Shown here piece by piece: positions 45,286 to 64,000 of a DNA stretch of 64,000 nt. Made by a program: the position numbers and the translations under genes. The DNA is taken from positions 3,479,413 through 3,543,412 of the forward strand of contig JAWQFM010000001.1 in the NCBI GenBank assembly GCA_033442325.1, written 5' to 3'. Positions within the stretch are counted from its first letter, which is position 1; each line of letters opens with the position of its first letter. The notes beneath the pieces are model-generated. The model was not told the DNA's origin. It was given only the letters and a program-made list of their open reading frames with translations, and did no database searches. The stretch comes from Salpingoeca rosetta. Lineage: Eukaryota > Protista > Choanoflagellata.

Positions 45286-47228
45286 ATGACGACGATGACA
45301 AGAAGCAGACGTCGTTGGCGGATTGGTGGTGGTGGTGGGCTGGCGGCGTGTGTTGTGCTGTTTGCGGTGGCTGTGGTGATGGTAATGAGCGCCAACAGCA
45401 ACTTTGTTGGTGCCATCCCCGCTACTGCTGTAGTCAAAGATGGTGTAGGTGGGGGCGACACACAGACGGCTGGTGAAGGGGAGCAGGCGCCAGTGTGTTC
45501 AACCGAATCAAAAGCGGTCTTGGGAAAAGGTGGACGGCACTGCGAGGTGCGATTCGCTGTGATTGCTGCGGTCGCTGTGCTTGCTGCGGTTGCTTGTGTC
45601 GGGGATCGATGACAGAGTGAAGTGGTAGTGTGCGTTGCCGCATCGCTGCCGTGTCACCCAGGTAATTGTTTGCTTGCGTTGGACCGCACTCACCTTGTCT
45701 GCTGGGTGTTGACGCTGCTCTTGTTGGTGGCTTTGTGCATCGCTTGCTGCTGCTGCTGCCGATCTTTGCGTTCAGTGCCCCTCGGATCATCGCATCTGTG
45801 TTGGGCCGCGATGCAGCGTCGCACGCAACTCCACGGGGCATGTCATCAAACAAGGCTTTCACGTCACGTGCAAGGTGAGAGTGTGTGCGTGTGTGCGTGT
45901 GCGTGTGTGCGTGTGTGCGTGTGCGTGCGTGCGTGTGCGTGCGTGTGTGTGTGTGTGCGTGCGTGTGTGTGCGTGTGTGTGTGTTGTGTTTGCGTTCGTG
46001 CATTCAGTGATCACTGTGCGATAACCCTACCTTTGTCATCCTTTGGCTTTGGTTCCTGCTCCGCCTCCTCTCCACCTGTTTCCCCAAACGGCTGGAACTG
46101 TTGTTCACCATGTTTCGCTACGTTTGCACTCAACATCACGCCCTTTTTGTTCTTGCCTGCACACACACACACACACACATACACACTTGCGCGGCTTTTG
46201 CCTTCATTCAGACCTGCCTGTGCCTGGCAAGCCTGAGGAATGCCGAGGGCAAGGAGGTGGAAGTGTATGAGCCGTATCAAAGGGAACTGGACACGGTGCA
46301 CTTGGTCATGGTGCTGGCGGACGCTTCGCGGAGCCTCGAGGCGAAGTTTGTGAAATGTCTGCATTCGCTGGTGGAGCGGGCGTCCAAGCCCATCACGCTG
46401 CACCTCATCACGGACGACCCGCCCAAGGGCAACGAGCACCTGCCCATGTCTGCGATTGCAGGGGTCGACCTGCGCGTGTACCACGGGCACGACCTGCTGA
46501 CCAAGGCCATGGAGAAGGGCGGGGTGCTGGTGCGCCGGCTCATCCCGGGCATTGACGCGGCCGTGCGCGCGCACCGGGAGAGCGATGGCGGCGACTTTGG
46601 CATTGTCGGCGGCATGACGGTGACGGAGCAGTACCTGGCGCTGATGCCCTTCTACCACCTGTTGCTGCCGGACGTTGACAAGGCGATTGTGGTGGACGCG
46701 GACGTGGTGTTCCGCGTGGACGTGACGCTGCTCTGGCAGATCTTCCGCGCCTTCAAGACCGAGGAGCTGATTGGCTTGGTGTACGAGCAGCAGCCCACCT
46801 TCCGCCACACCTTCGCCGCGTACCGCAAGCTGAACAAGCGCACGCACATTGGCAGCCCCGCTGCCAGCGTCGGCGGCGTGCGCGCGGGTCTGCCCGGCTT
46901 CAACACGGGCGTGGCGCTGCTGAACCTGGCGCACATGCGGGCGAGCGACCTCATCTCCGAGCTTGTGTACACGGACCTCGTGGACCACATGACGCGCAAG
47001 TACATGGTGTCTGAGCGGCTGACGCCTGCGACGCTGTTCACCCTCATGGCTGCGGAGCACCCGTTCCTCTTCCACGTGCTGCCGTGCAAGTGGAACCGGC
47101 AGCTGTGCCAGAAGATGCGGCAGTCCGAGCACAGCGCCGTGTTTGATGAGTACCACCAGTGCGAGCACGACGACGGCAGCGTGCTGGTGTATCACGAATC
47201 ATGCAACACGCAGTTGCCACGAGAGTAA
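45286..47228 (+). CDS. XXYLT1: GT8 xyloside xylosyltransferase 1-like, type II membrane protein; exons ~45286-45546, 45776-45874, 46212-47228
   Basis: DxD (DAD), EQQPTFRHTFAAYR, GLPGFNTGVALLNLAHMR, EHPFLFHVLPCKWNRQLC, VFDEYHQC, YHESCNTQLP all align to XXYLT1. Confidence 0.88.
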
Positions 47229-47290
47229 AACAACAAAACGAGGAGGAGGACCGACCCTCTCTCATGTGCAAACCACACACTCACCTAAGT

Positions 47291-47333
<43 letters not shown>

Positions 47334-47686
47334 TGGGGCTGCTTTTCCCACTGCGTTTCTCTTCCGTTTCAAGAGAAACAAAAGCATTCTCCATCAGTGC
47401 CACCATGAATGAAAACTTCTCTTGCTGTTCCCACCTCCACCCAGCTTTCGAGAGAAACCGTGTGCCTGAGAGCATCGTGTGTACTCGGATGTGTGCGGAG
47501 CACATATACGGAAGCACCAAAGTGCACACACACACACACACGCAGGAAGGAAGAAGGAAGAAGAAGGCCAGGACAGCACATGCAAGGCGCACCACTTCTC
47601 CACTTCCATGACTCCGGCGAACACTTGCTTCATCTCCCACATCATCATCATCATCACCATTGACAAAACGAAGAGCAACGTGTCGC

Positions 47687-48839
47687 TTACGCAAGGAACT
47701 CGTACTTAAGGGGCCTCAGCTCCTGAGCACCAGTGTCCTTGACAAAGTGGGCAGGGCGGGGACCAGCGGGCTGCGAGTGGTGTCAAAAAGCACACGTGGT
47801 CGCAGCACACGTGATTGTAGCAAGGGTGGACAAGGGAAGTAAGGAGCGACAGCGTGAGCATGGAGATGGTGATGGCAATGGGTGTGGCTGTGATTGCAAG
47901 ATTGTGTGTGCGTGCGTGCATGGGGGACGTGCTTGTGTGCTACAACAGCATAAGTGTGCAGTTAAACAGCGAAGGCGTGCAGTGGAACGCGTGACGCCGA
48001 GGGATAGTCATCAACCAATCCACGCACGTACAGCAGCACATACGCACACACACACACACCTTGCGCTTCAGGCTGATGCGCTTTCCAGCGGCGCGGGCCT
48101 CGGCGCGGAGCTTGTCGTTGCTGGCGCGGCGGCTGTCACGCAGGAACAACGCAAGCAAGGATGGAAGAGATCAAACAGCGCAGTCAAAACAAAAAAAGAG
48201 GAAACGACAACGTGAGCATTGGTGAGGTTGCGTGTGTGGGAGGCTGGGCTGAATGAGTGCGCAAGGAGCGCTGCGTAAGCTCTGCCTCTTTGCTTTGCTT
48301 GTGTGGTCAAGCGGCAACAGCACCCTCAACGGGTTGCCGGGTCGGGAGGGCAGTACTTGCTCCACATACACACACACCCACACCCACAGACGCACACGCG
48401 CTTGCTTGTCGCTGAAGAGAGAACGCTCGTTGCTCGACACGTTGTCACACACACGCACGCACGGCGGTTCATCGCGCTGAGCATCACAACACCCTCCACG
48501 CCAGGAAAACGCAACGCACCGGAGGAAGTCGTCACGGCACTTGGAGTGCTTGACGTGCTCGATGCGCACGTTGATCTTCTTCTGCACGTAGCGGTTCTTG
48601 ATGCGCTTGTTGACGACGATACCAAGGGCGCGCTTGCCAACGTTGTAGACGCGGCCAGTCTTGCCGTGGTACGACTTGTGGGGGAGGCCGACAGAGTAGG
48701 CACCGTTGCCCTTGATGTCAACGTACTGGCCAACCTTGTACACGGCACCGTATGTCTTGAGACCGACAGCGCCATGCCCGCGGAAGGGGCGGGCAAACAT
48801 GTAGCGCGTGCCACGACGCAGACCCGTTGTGTTCGTCAT
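47687..48839 (-). CDS. RPL21: 60S ribosomal protein L21 (eL21), 3 coding exons
   Basis: [74 protein letters not shown]. Confidence 0.98.
48232..48365 (-). ncRNA. Candidate intronic H/ACA snoRNA in RPL21
   Basis: ~134 nt: hairpin, A-rich hinge containing AAAGCA (ANANNA), second hairpin gaggc...gcctc, then ACA. Folded by eye only. Confidence 0.3.
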
Positions 48840-50099
48840 GCTGCACGTGTGGTTGAGAGTTTGGTGGTGGTGGCGGTGGTGTATGTGTGTGGCGGTGTGG
48901 TGTTTGAATGGAGTGAGCACCCATCATCCGTGCTTTTCTTGTTCAGGGAGACACAGCGACAGAGATGTACATGGCAAGGATGAAAAAGACACATGGATGC
49001 AGGCACATGGATGCAGACAGACAGACGAACACACAGCCACATACAAACACACAGCCACATACAAACACACAGCCACAGCCACAGACAAACACACATCTAA
49101 CATCCATCCACCCAACACATCCATCCACCCACATGCACGCGCGCGTGGGAGCGAGCACCACCCGATATCAACCCACCTTGGCTGTGGTGGTGGTTGGTGG
49201 TCGGAGAAGACGAGATGGGGGGAGAGCCACGCAAAGAAAAAGGCATGTGATGGTCTGTGCGCACCTCAAGAAGTGTATGCTTCGCACAAGGAACACAGCA
49301 GGTGTGGCGTATCCACCGCTCACCCAGTGACAACAACGGAAGATATTGCTAAATCACTAATGTGCTGACTCAGGTGCACATGTTGTAGAGAAACCAGGCA
49401 TGATTTCCACCGAAATTCGCCGGGACGCCGCACAAGAAGAAGACACACACACACAAACAACGCATGCACACCACCAGCCAGCCAAACGCGCAACCACCCC
49501 ATCATCATCAACGAGTGGGTTGATGTGAAGTGACAAACCACCCATCCAGCCATCCATCCAACCTTTGGTGTGGTGTGCTGCTGTCACACCGCATCACAAC
49601 ATTGGAGCATCGCCCAGCACAGCCCAGCACAGCTCAGCACAGCACAGCTACTTAGCGATCCAGAAGAGTGGAATATCTAGCAGGGAAATCAAGCAGGGAA
49701 ATCAAAGCAACGTCACTGTTCACTTGCGTGTCACATCACATCACACACAGCGGAGAAACCAACAACAACAAGAAGCCATCCAGCATCGCGTCTGAAGTCA
49801 TCATTGGCGACTCTTGTTGATTGGTGTGAACGACGACGGAAGCACACGTGCGCGTGGCGCCGACATTGAGCAGCGACACAAACACATAGCTCGTGACGCG
49901 CGAAGCGCGCGTGTGCTTGCTCTGTGCCTGTGTGCCAGTGCTAGTGCCTGAGTGAGTGAGTGTGTGTGTGTGTGTTGTGTGTTGCGTCAGGCCATCTGGG
50001 AGGCGCGTGCTCACGGCCTTCGTGGTGAACAACCCCTCCTCCTGACCAAGGAGGGAGGGCTGAGGCGCTCGGCTCAGGATGAACGGGCTGCACGTCGAC

Positions 50100-57747
<7,648 letters not shown>

Positions 57748-58320
57748 AGTCACTTGCGCTGCCACTCTTGCTCTGGACATGGACTAGCTTTCGTTCTCCA
57801 TTGTACAAACTACGAGCTTCTCATCTCATCTGTCCACCACACACACACACACGCGCGCGCACACACACACACGCACGCACACACACACACACACACACAC
57901 ACGCGCACACACTAACTTGCTTGCTAACTTAATTGTACTTGACCAGCCAAGTAAACGGTGCTGATACATGCGTGCATTGTGTTTGTTGTGTGTTTGTGCG
58001 TGTGTGTGTGTGTGAAGCTAGAAACAAAGAGGAAGAAAGCAACAGCGCATCACAACAAACACGTCATCGCGAACCAAATGCGTTTAGCTCTTGCTCGATC
58101 GGGCCAATCACCTGCCCGCATGAGAATTTTTATTTTTGCCACAAACGAGAGAAAGGAGAAACAAACGCGAGACAACAACAACAAGAGCAACCAGCCAGCG
58201 ACCAACCAAACAAAAACAGAGCAGCAGCAGCACCAGCAGCAGCACCTCCTCCTTTGTATCATCATCGTGCTGTTGCGCCCGCCCCACACGCTTGGTAGCT
58301 TTGGTGGACACGACACAAAT

Positions 58321-58376
<56 letters not shown>

Positions 58377-58393
58377 ACACACACACACACAAG

Positions 58394-59770
58394 ATGAGTG
58401 AAGTCAAGTCGAAGATCAAGCGTGTGAGTGCGCTGAAACAACGGGGTAAAGTCTTGCGCGACACGAACCCGCTGCTGGCCGTTTTCCAATGGGGCTGCAA
58501 CCACATGGTAAGCCACGCCTTGGTTCCCATTGTGCGGTGGCTGTTGGTGTAGTGTGGTTGTCATTGGTTGTATTGTGTTTGCGTGAATGTCGTCGGGTTG
58601 TTTGCTCTCTCGCATGTGTGTGTTGTGGGGACAGCGGTGTGTGGTCGTGCGAAACAGATGGGCAGCCGGCCGTTTGTGCCATTTGCTGTAGTGTACAGTA
58701 ATCGTGGAGGGACTTACGGTTGCCGTCTGTCTTTTTCGGACAGATGAACGAGGCAGAGCTGGTGAGCGACCAGCCGCTGATTCTGGACAGGGACTTCAAG
58801 GCGTTTTCAAAAGTCCAAGTTCACAACCAATACTACAATGAGTGCGTGTGTGAGTGTGCGTGGTGTGTGCGGCTGTGTGTGTGTGTGGTTGTGTGTGTGC
58901 GGCTGTGTTTGGACGACTGGTGTGGACATGTGTGTTTGCGTATGCTTGTGCTTGCGTGTGTATTCGTGAACACGTGCGTGTATTTGCTTCCTTTCTGTTG
59001 TTGTTGCTCGATCGGCTGACGTACTGCTTCTTGCTCCTTCATTTTCATTCTGTAGGCAAGAGCTTCCGAACAAATTCAAGGTTAAGGAGTACTGCCCAGT
59101 TGTGTTCAAGAGCTTGAGACATCGTTTTGGAGAAGATCCCGCCGACTACCTTGTACGTGGCTGAAGCCGTGCGCTTCTGCTTTGACATGTATGAATTGGG
59201 AGGCAGAGCGGCATTCGCGTGATTGATTGGCATCATTCCAACCGCACACACGCACACACACACATACACACACGCACACACACATACACACATTCACACG
59301 CACACACACACACACTCATTCACGCTGTGCTTGCCTCACGTCATGGCTCACACTGTTGACCGTTGCTGTCAACCAGACGTCGATCTGCGACGGTCAAATC
59401 TATGGCGGCAAGTCCACGGGCAAAGGCGGTGGCGACATCTACTACACACATGACCACAGGGTATGCAACACACAGATGCACGTGTACATGTGTGATGTGT
59501 TGTGTTGTGTGTGTGTGCGTGTGTGGGTGTGTGCGTCTGTGTGCGTCGTCTGAGTCATGTTTCAACACTCACGCAGCAGCCATCGTATGTGATTGCACTC
59601 GTGTCGTTTCCACAACGCAACGACAGCTGGTGATCAAGACGCTGGCAAAGGAAGAAGTGGCGTCCTTCCACCACACATTCAAGCAGTATTACTCGGTTGG
59701 TTCAAACGCTTGCGTATGTGTTGCAGTGTGGATGCGACCGCTTGTGAATACGTTGGTTGTGGCACATACG

Positions 59771-59839
<69 letters not shown>

Positions 59840-61344
59840 ATGTGGTGCGCAATCGCTTTCCGGTCGTGTGAGCTGTGGCTGTCATTCTTGTTGGTTTGAA
59901 GCTCGCATGTTCACACCCGCCATCCACCCATACCTCGTGTCACCTCACTCCACACCCTGTCCACCCGCACCCTGCTATCTCTCACCAGTACATTGTTGAG
60001 TGCGACGGGGACACGCTGCTTGCGCGGTATCTTGGCATGTACCGCATCACCGTGCACGAGAAGGAGACGTACATGGTCGTGATGAACTCCATCCGGCCCG
60101 TTGGCATCCCCACACACCGCCTGTACGACCTCAAGGGGTCGAAGGTCGACAGAAAAGCCAGCGACAAGGAACGTGCAAAGGACCTACCGTGTCTCAAGGT
60201 ACGAGAGGGAAGGTGAAGGTGTTGTGGTGGCTGGCGTGGCGGGTCAGGGTTAGAGTGGTTCATGCGCCAACATACACTTGAGTGAACGCCATCATCATCA
60301 TCATCATCACGTGTGTGTGTATGTGTTTGTGTGTGTGCGCGCGTGTGTGTGTGCGTGTTTGTGTTGATGTGTGTGCTTGTGCTGGTGTGTGAGAGTGTGG
60401 CTATGTGATTGTGTGTATGTGTGTGAGCGTCATAAGTCCCAACGTTCTTGAAAGTCGCTGGCGCCTACTCACCCTTCACCCCGCTGCGTTCGCGATGGCC
60501 GCACATCAAAAGGACATTGACTTTGAGGAAGCGCAGGAGCGGCTGTATCTTGGCGGCGACACCGAAACATTCAAGGAAACACTCAAGCGCGATGTGCAGT
60601 TCCTTGAGAAGCACAATCTCATGGACTACAGTCTGCTCGTGGCCATCCACGACTGCAACGAGCAGGTCGCTTGTCCTTGCGTACATGCGCGTTGAGTGTG
60701 TGTGTGGATGTGGATGTGGATGTGTGAGAGAGAGGATGAATGTGTGCGTGTGCGAGTGCGTGTGTGAGTGTGTGTGCGAGTGTGTGAGAGAGTGTGTGTG
60801 TTTGTACGCCATGCTGCGTTTCTGTATCCTCACTCATCCTCTCCGTGTCCTGCGGTGTGCTGCTCCGCCACCACCCGAAACATGCAGACGCCTGGCGAGA
60901 TTGACCGGGATGTCGATGTGTATCACGTTGGTCCACACGCCAAAGACCTGAAGGCGGACCCGAAGCGCCTCTACTTTATCGGCATCATCGATGTGCTCAC
61001 CGTCTACAGCACCCGCAAACGCGCAGCGCACGCGGCGAAAACAGCGAAACACGGAGCGGTCAGTCGTGTGTGTGTGTGTGTGCGCGCGCGCGCGTGTGTG
61101 TGAGTGTGTGTGTTGTTTGTGTGTGTGTGTGTGTAGGTGTAGGTGCGCGCGCGTACTGCTTGTGGCAGCAACAAAATTTCTGTGAGTTTGCTTGCTGCTC
61201 TTACACCACACCTCACTGCCACGCTCTTGCCCCCCCCCCGCCTTCTCCTCTTTTCACGGTTATCAGCGTGCGGAGATCTCCACAGTGAAGCCTGACCAGT
61301 ACGCAAAGCGACTGCTTGAATTTGTGTCGTCCATGTTGGCGTGA
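58394..61344 (+). CDS. PIP4K2: Phosphatidylinositol 5-phosphate 4-kinase type 2
   Basis: [113 protein letters not shown]. Confidence 0.96.
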
Positions 61345-61567
61345 CAGCAGCACGCCCACCAGTGGTGTTGGTGGTGATGAATTGCTCCTTGCTTCATATC
61401 ACAATGTGTTGTTCCCGTTCATGGTTTCTTTGTTGACTCGACGGTGGTGACGCAGGGGACGGGGAGAGGGAACAGAAAGTGTACTTTACATTGAGAATCA
61501 CTGAAGAAGAAACGCCAATCAACAGCAACGGCAACGGCAGTGGCTCTGGCAGGGCAGCGAATGGCAG

Positions 61568-61647
<80 letters not shown>

Positions 61648-61824
61648 TTGGACAGTGTGTCCGCGTCAGAAATGGAAGAGGACATGAAAATAAGGGAAAA
61701 ATATCAGCAGCGCGCGTGGAACAAGCCTGGATGGCTGGTGTGTAATTTAACCCACTGCAATGGCATGGCAGAGAGCAGGCAGATGAAAAATGCAAGCAAG
61801 CGTGAGTATCCCGAGCGTACATGC

Positions 61825-61862
<38 letters not shown>

Positions 61863-61924
61863 TGGCGGTGGTGGTACAATTGCACTGCAGCCGCAACAAT
61901 TCCTTCAGCCCCCCCCCGTCATCT

Positions 61925-62046
61925 TCACCATAAAACAAGCTCACTTTTGAGGGTGAGGAAGATTGCACACTCTGTGTTGTTGGTGGCGCGGGCCACGTCC
62001 GCCGCCGTCTTCAGGTCGTGATTCGGTGAATCGAGCGCAACCCCAC
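61925..62046 (-). pseudogene. Orphan 3' exon resembling an ankyrin repeat, cut off from its gene by the duplication breakpoint
   Basis: AG acceptor followed by GVALDSPNHDLKTAADVARATNNTECAIFL. Confidence 0.45.
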
Positions 62047-62069
62047 TGCACATGCGCACAGGGAAACGT

Positions 62070-62070
<1 letters not shown>

Positions 62071-62152
<82 letters not shown>

Positions 62153-63876
62153 GGGGCGCAATCGCTTTCCGGGCGTGTGAGCTGTGGCTGTCATTCTTGT
62201 TGGTTTGAAGCTCGCATGTTCACACCCGCCATCCACCCATACCTCGTGTCACCTCACTCCACACCCTGTCCACCCGCACCCTGCTATCTCTCACCAGTAC
62301 ATTGTTGAGTGCGACGGGGACACGCTGCTTGCGCGGTATCTTGGCATGTACCGCATCACCGTGCACGAGAAGGAGACGTACATGGTCGTGATGAACTCCA
62401 TCCGGCCCGTTGGCATCCCCACACACCGCCTGTACGACCTCAAGGGGTCGAAGGTCGACAGAAAAGCCAGCGACAAGGAACGTGCAAAGGACCTACCGTG
62501 TCTCAAGGTACGAGAGGGAAGGTGAAGGTGTTGTGGTGGCTGGCGTGGCGGGTCAGGGTTAGAGTGGTTCATGCGCCAACATACACTTGAGTGAACGCCA
62601 TCATCATCATCATCATCACGTGTGTGTGTATGTGTTTGTGTGTGTGCGCGCGTGTGTGTGTGCGTGTTTGTGTTGATGTGTGTGCTTGTGCTGGTGTGTG
62701 AGAGTGTGGCTATGTGATTGTGTGTATGTGTGTGAGCGTCATAAGTCCCAACGTTCTTGAAAGTCGCTGGCGCCTACTCACCCTTCACCCCGCTGCGTTC
62801 GCGATGGCCGCACATCAAAAGGACATTGACTTTGAGGAAGCGCAGGAGCGGCTGTATCTTGGCGGCGACACCGAAACATTCAAGGAAACACTCAAGCGCG
62901 ATGTGCAGTTCCTTGAGAAGCACAATCTCATGGACTACAGTCTGCTCGTGGCCATCCACGACTGCAACGAGCAGGTCGCTTGTCCTTGCGTACATGCGCG
63001 TTGAGTGTGTGTGTGGATGTGGATGTGGATGTGTGAGAGAGAGGATGAATGTGTGCGTGTGCGAGTGCGTGTGTGAGTGTGTGTGCGAGTGTGTGAGAGA
63101 GTGTGTGTGTTTGTACGCCATGCTGCGTTTCTGTATCCTCACTCATCCTCTCCGTGTCCTGCGGTGTGCTGCTCCGCCACCACCCGAAACATGCAGACGC
63201 CTGGCGAGATTGACCGGGATGTCGATGTGTATCACGTTGGTCCACACGCCAAAGACCTGAAGGCGGACCCGAAGCGCCTCTACTTTATCGGCATCATCGA
63301 TGTGCTCACCGTCTACAGCACCCGCAAACGCGCAGCGCACGCGGCGAAAACAGCGAAACACGGAGCGGTCAGTCGTGTGTGTGTGTGTGTGCGCGCGCGC
63401 GCGTGTGTGTGAGTGTGTGTGTTGTTTGTGTGTGTGTGTGTGTAGGTGTAGGTGCGCGCGCGTACTGCTTGTGGCAGCAACAAAATTTCTGTGAGTTTGC
63501 TTGCTGCTCTTACACCACACCTCACTGCCACGCTCTTGCCCCCCCCCCGCCTTCTCCTCTTTTCACGGTTATCAGCGTGCGGAGATCTCCACAGTGAAGC
63601 CTGACCAGTACGCAAAGCGACTGCTTGAATTTGTGTCGTCCATGTTGGCGTGACAGCAGCACGCCCACCAGTGGTGTTGGTGGTGATGAATTGCTCCTTG
63701 CTTCATATCACAATGTGTTGTTCCCGTTCATGGTTTCTTTGTTGACTCGACGGTGGTGACGCAGGGGACGGGGAGAGGGAACAGAAAGTGTACTTTACAT
63801 TGAGAATCACTGAAGAAGAAACGCCAATCAACAGCAACGGCAACGGCAGTGGCTCTGGCAGGGCAGCGAATGGCAG

Positions 63877-63956
<80 letters not shown>

Positions 63957-64000
63957 TTGGACAGTGTGTCCGCGTCAGAAATGGAAGAGGACATGAAAAT
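62071..64000 (+). repeat. Near-identical tandem duplicate (offset 2309 bp) of ~59776-61691
   Basis: Identical ORF sets at +2309. The few mismatches lie just after the (GT)n breakpoint. Confidence 0.95.
62298..63653 (+). pseudogene. 5'-truncated duplicate of the last four PIP4K2 exons
   Basis: Copy of exons YIVECDG... to ...SSMLA* with no start or N-lobe exons. Confidence 0.7.

Noticed and set aside
46011-47195. 394-aa minus-strand ORF (and similar antisense ORFs over the CDA and NTPDase genes)
   Set aside because: These are antisense shadows of GC3-rich coding sequence.

Overview
Eukaryotic, intron-rich, gene-dense 64 kb window. Nearly every intron carries (CA)n/(GT)n microsatellites and there are three N gaps. 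Composition and gene content point to a choanoflagellate, most likely Salpingoeca rosetta (inference). Most ORF-track entries are microsatellite noise. About 16 genes can be reconstructed by hand: an RS/RD-rich protein, a ZDHHC22-like membrane protein lacking the DHHC domain, an intronless bacterial/plant-type cytidine deaminase, a Tyr-motif single-pass adaptor, a DDX28-like DEAD-box helicase, BRD8, MOCOS, DNA polymerase nu, a conserved hypothetical protein, IGHMBP2, an intronless 728-aa ORF with a DUF3990/ADP-ribosyltransferase-like domain, a CD39-type NTPDase, an XXYLT1-like GT8, RPL21, exportin-T and PIP4K2. The 3' half of PIP4K2 is duplicated at a 2309-bp offset. The most striking unexplained structure is a ~3.1 kb microsatellite-poor cassette (39960-43046). 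It holds 45-bp tandem repeats, the ART-like ORF and a (TG)n tail, and is bracketed by a 52-bp identical direct repeat, so it looks like an inserted mobile or retroposed element carrying an effector-like enzyme. Gene coordinates are start-to-stop spans including introns and were derived by eye.
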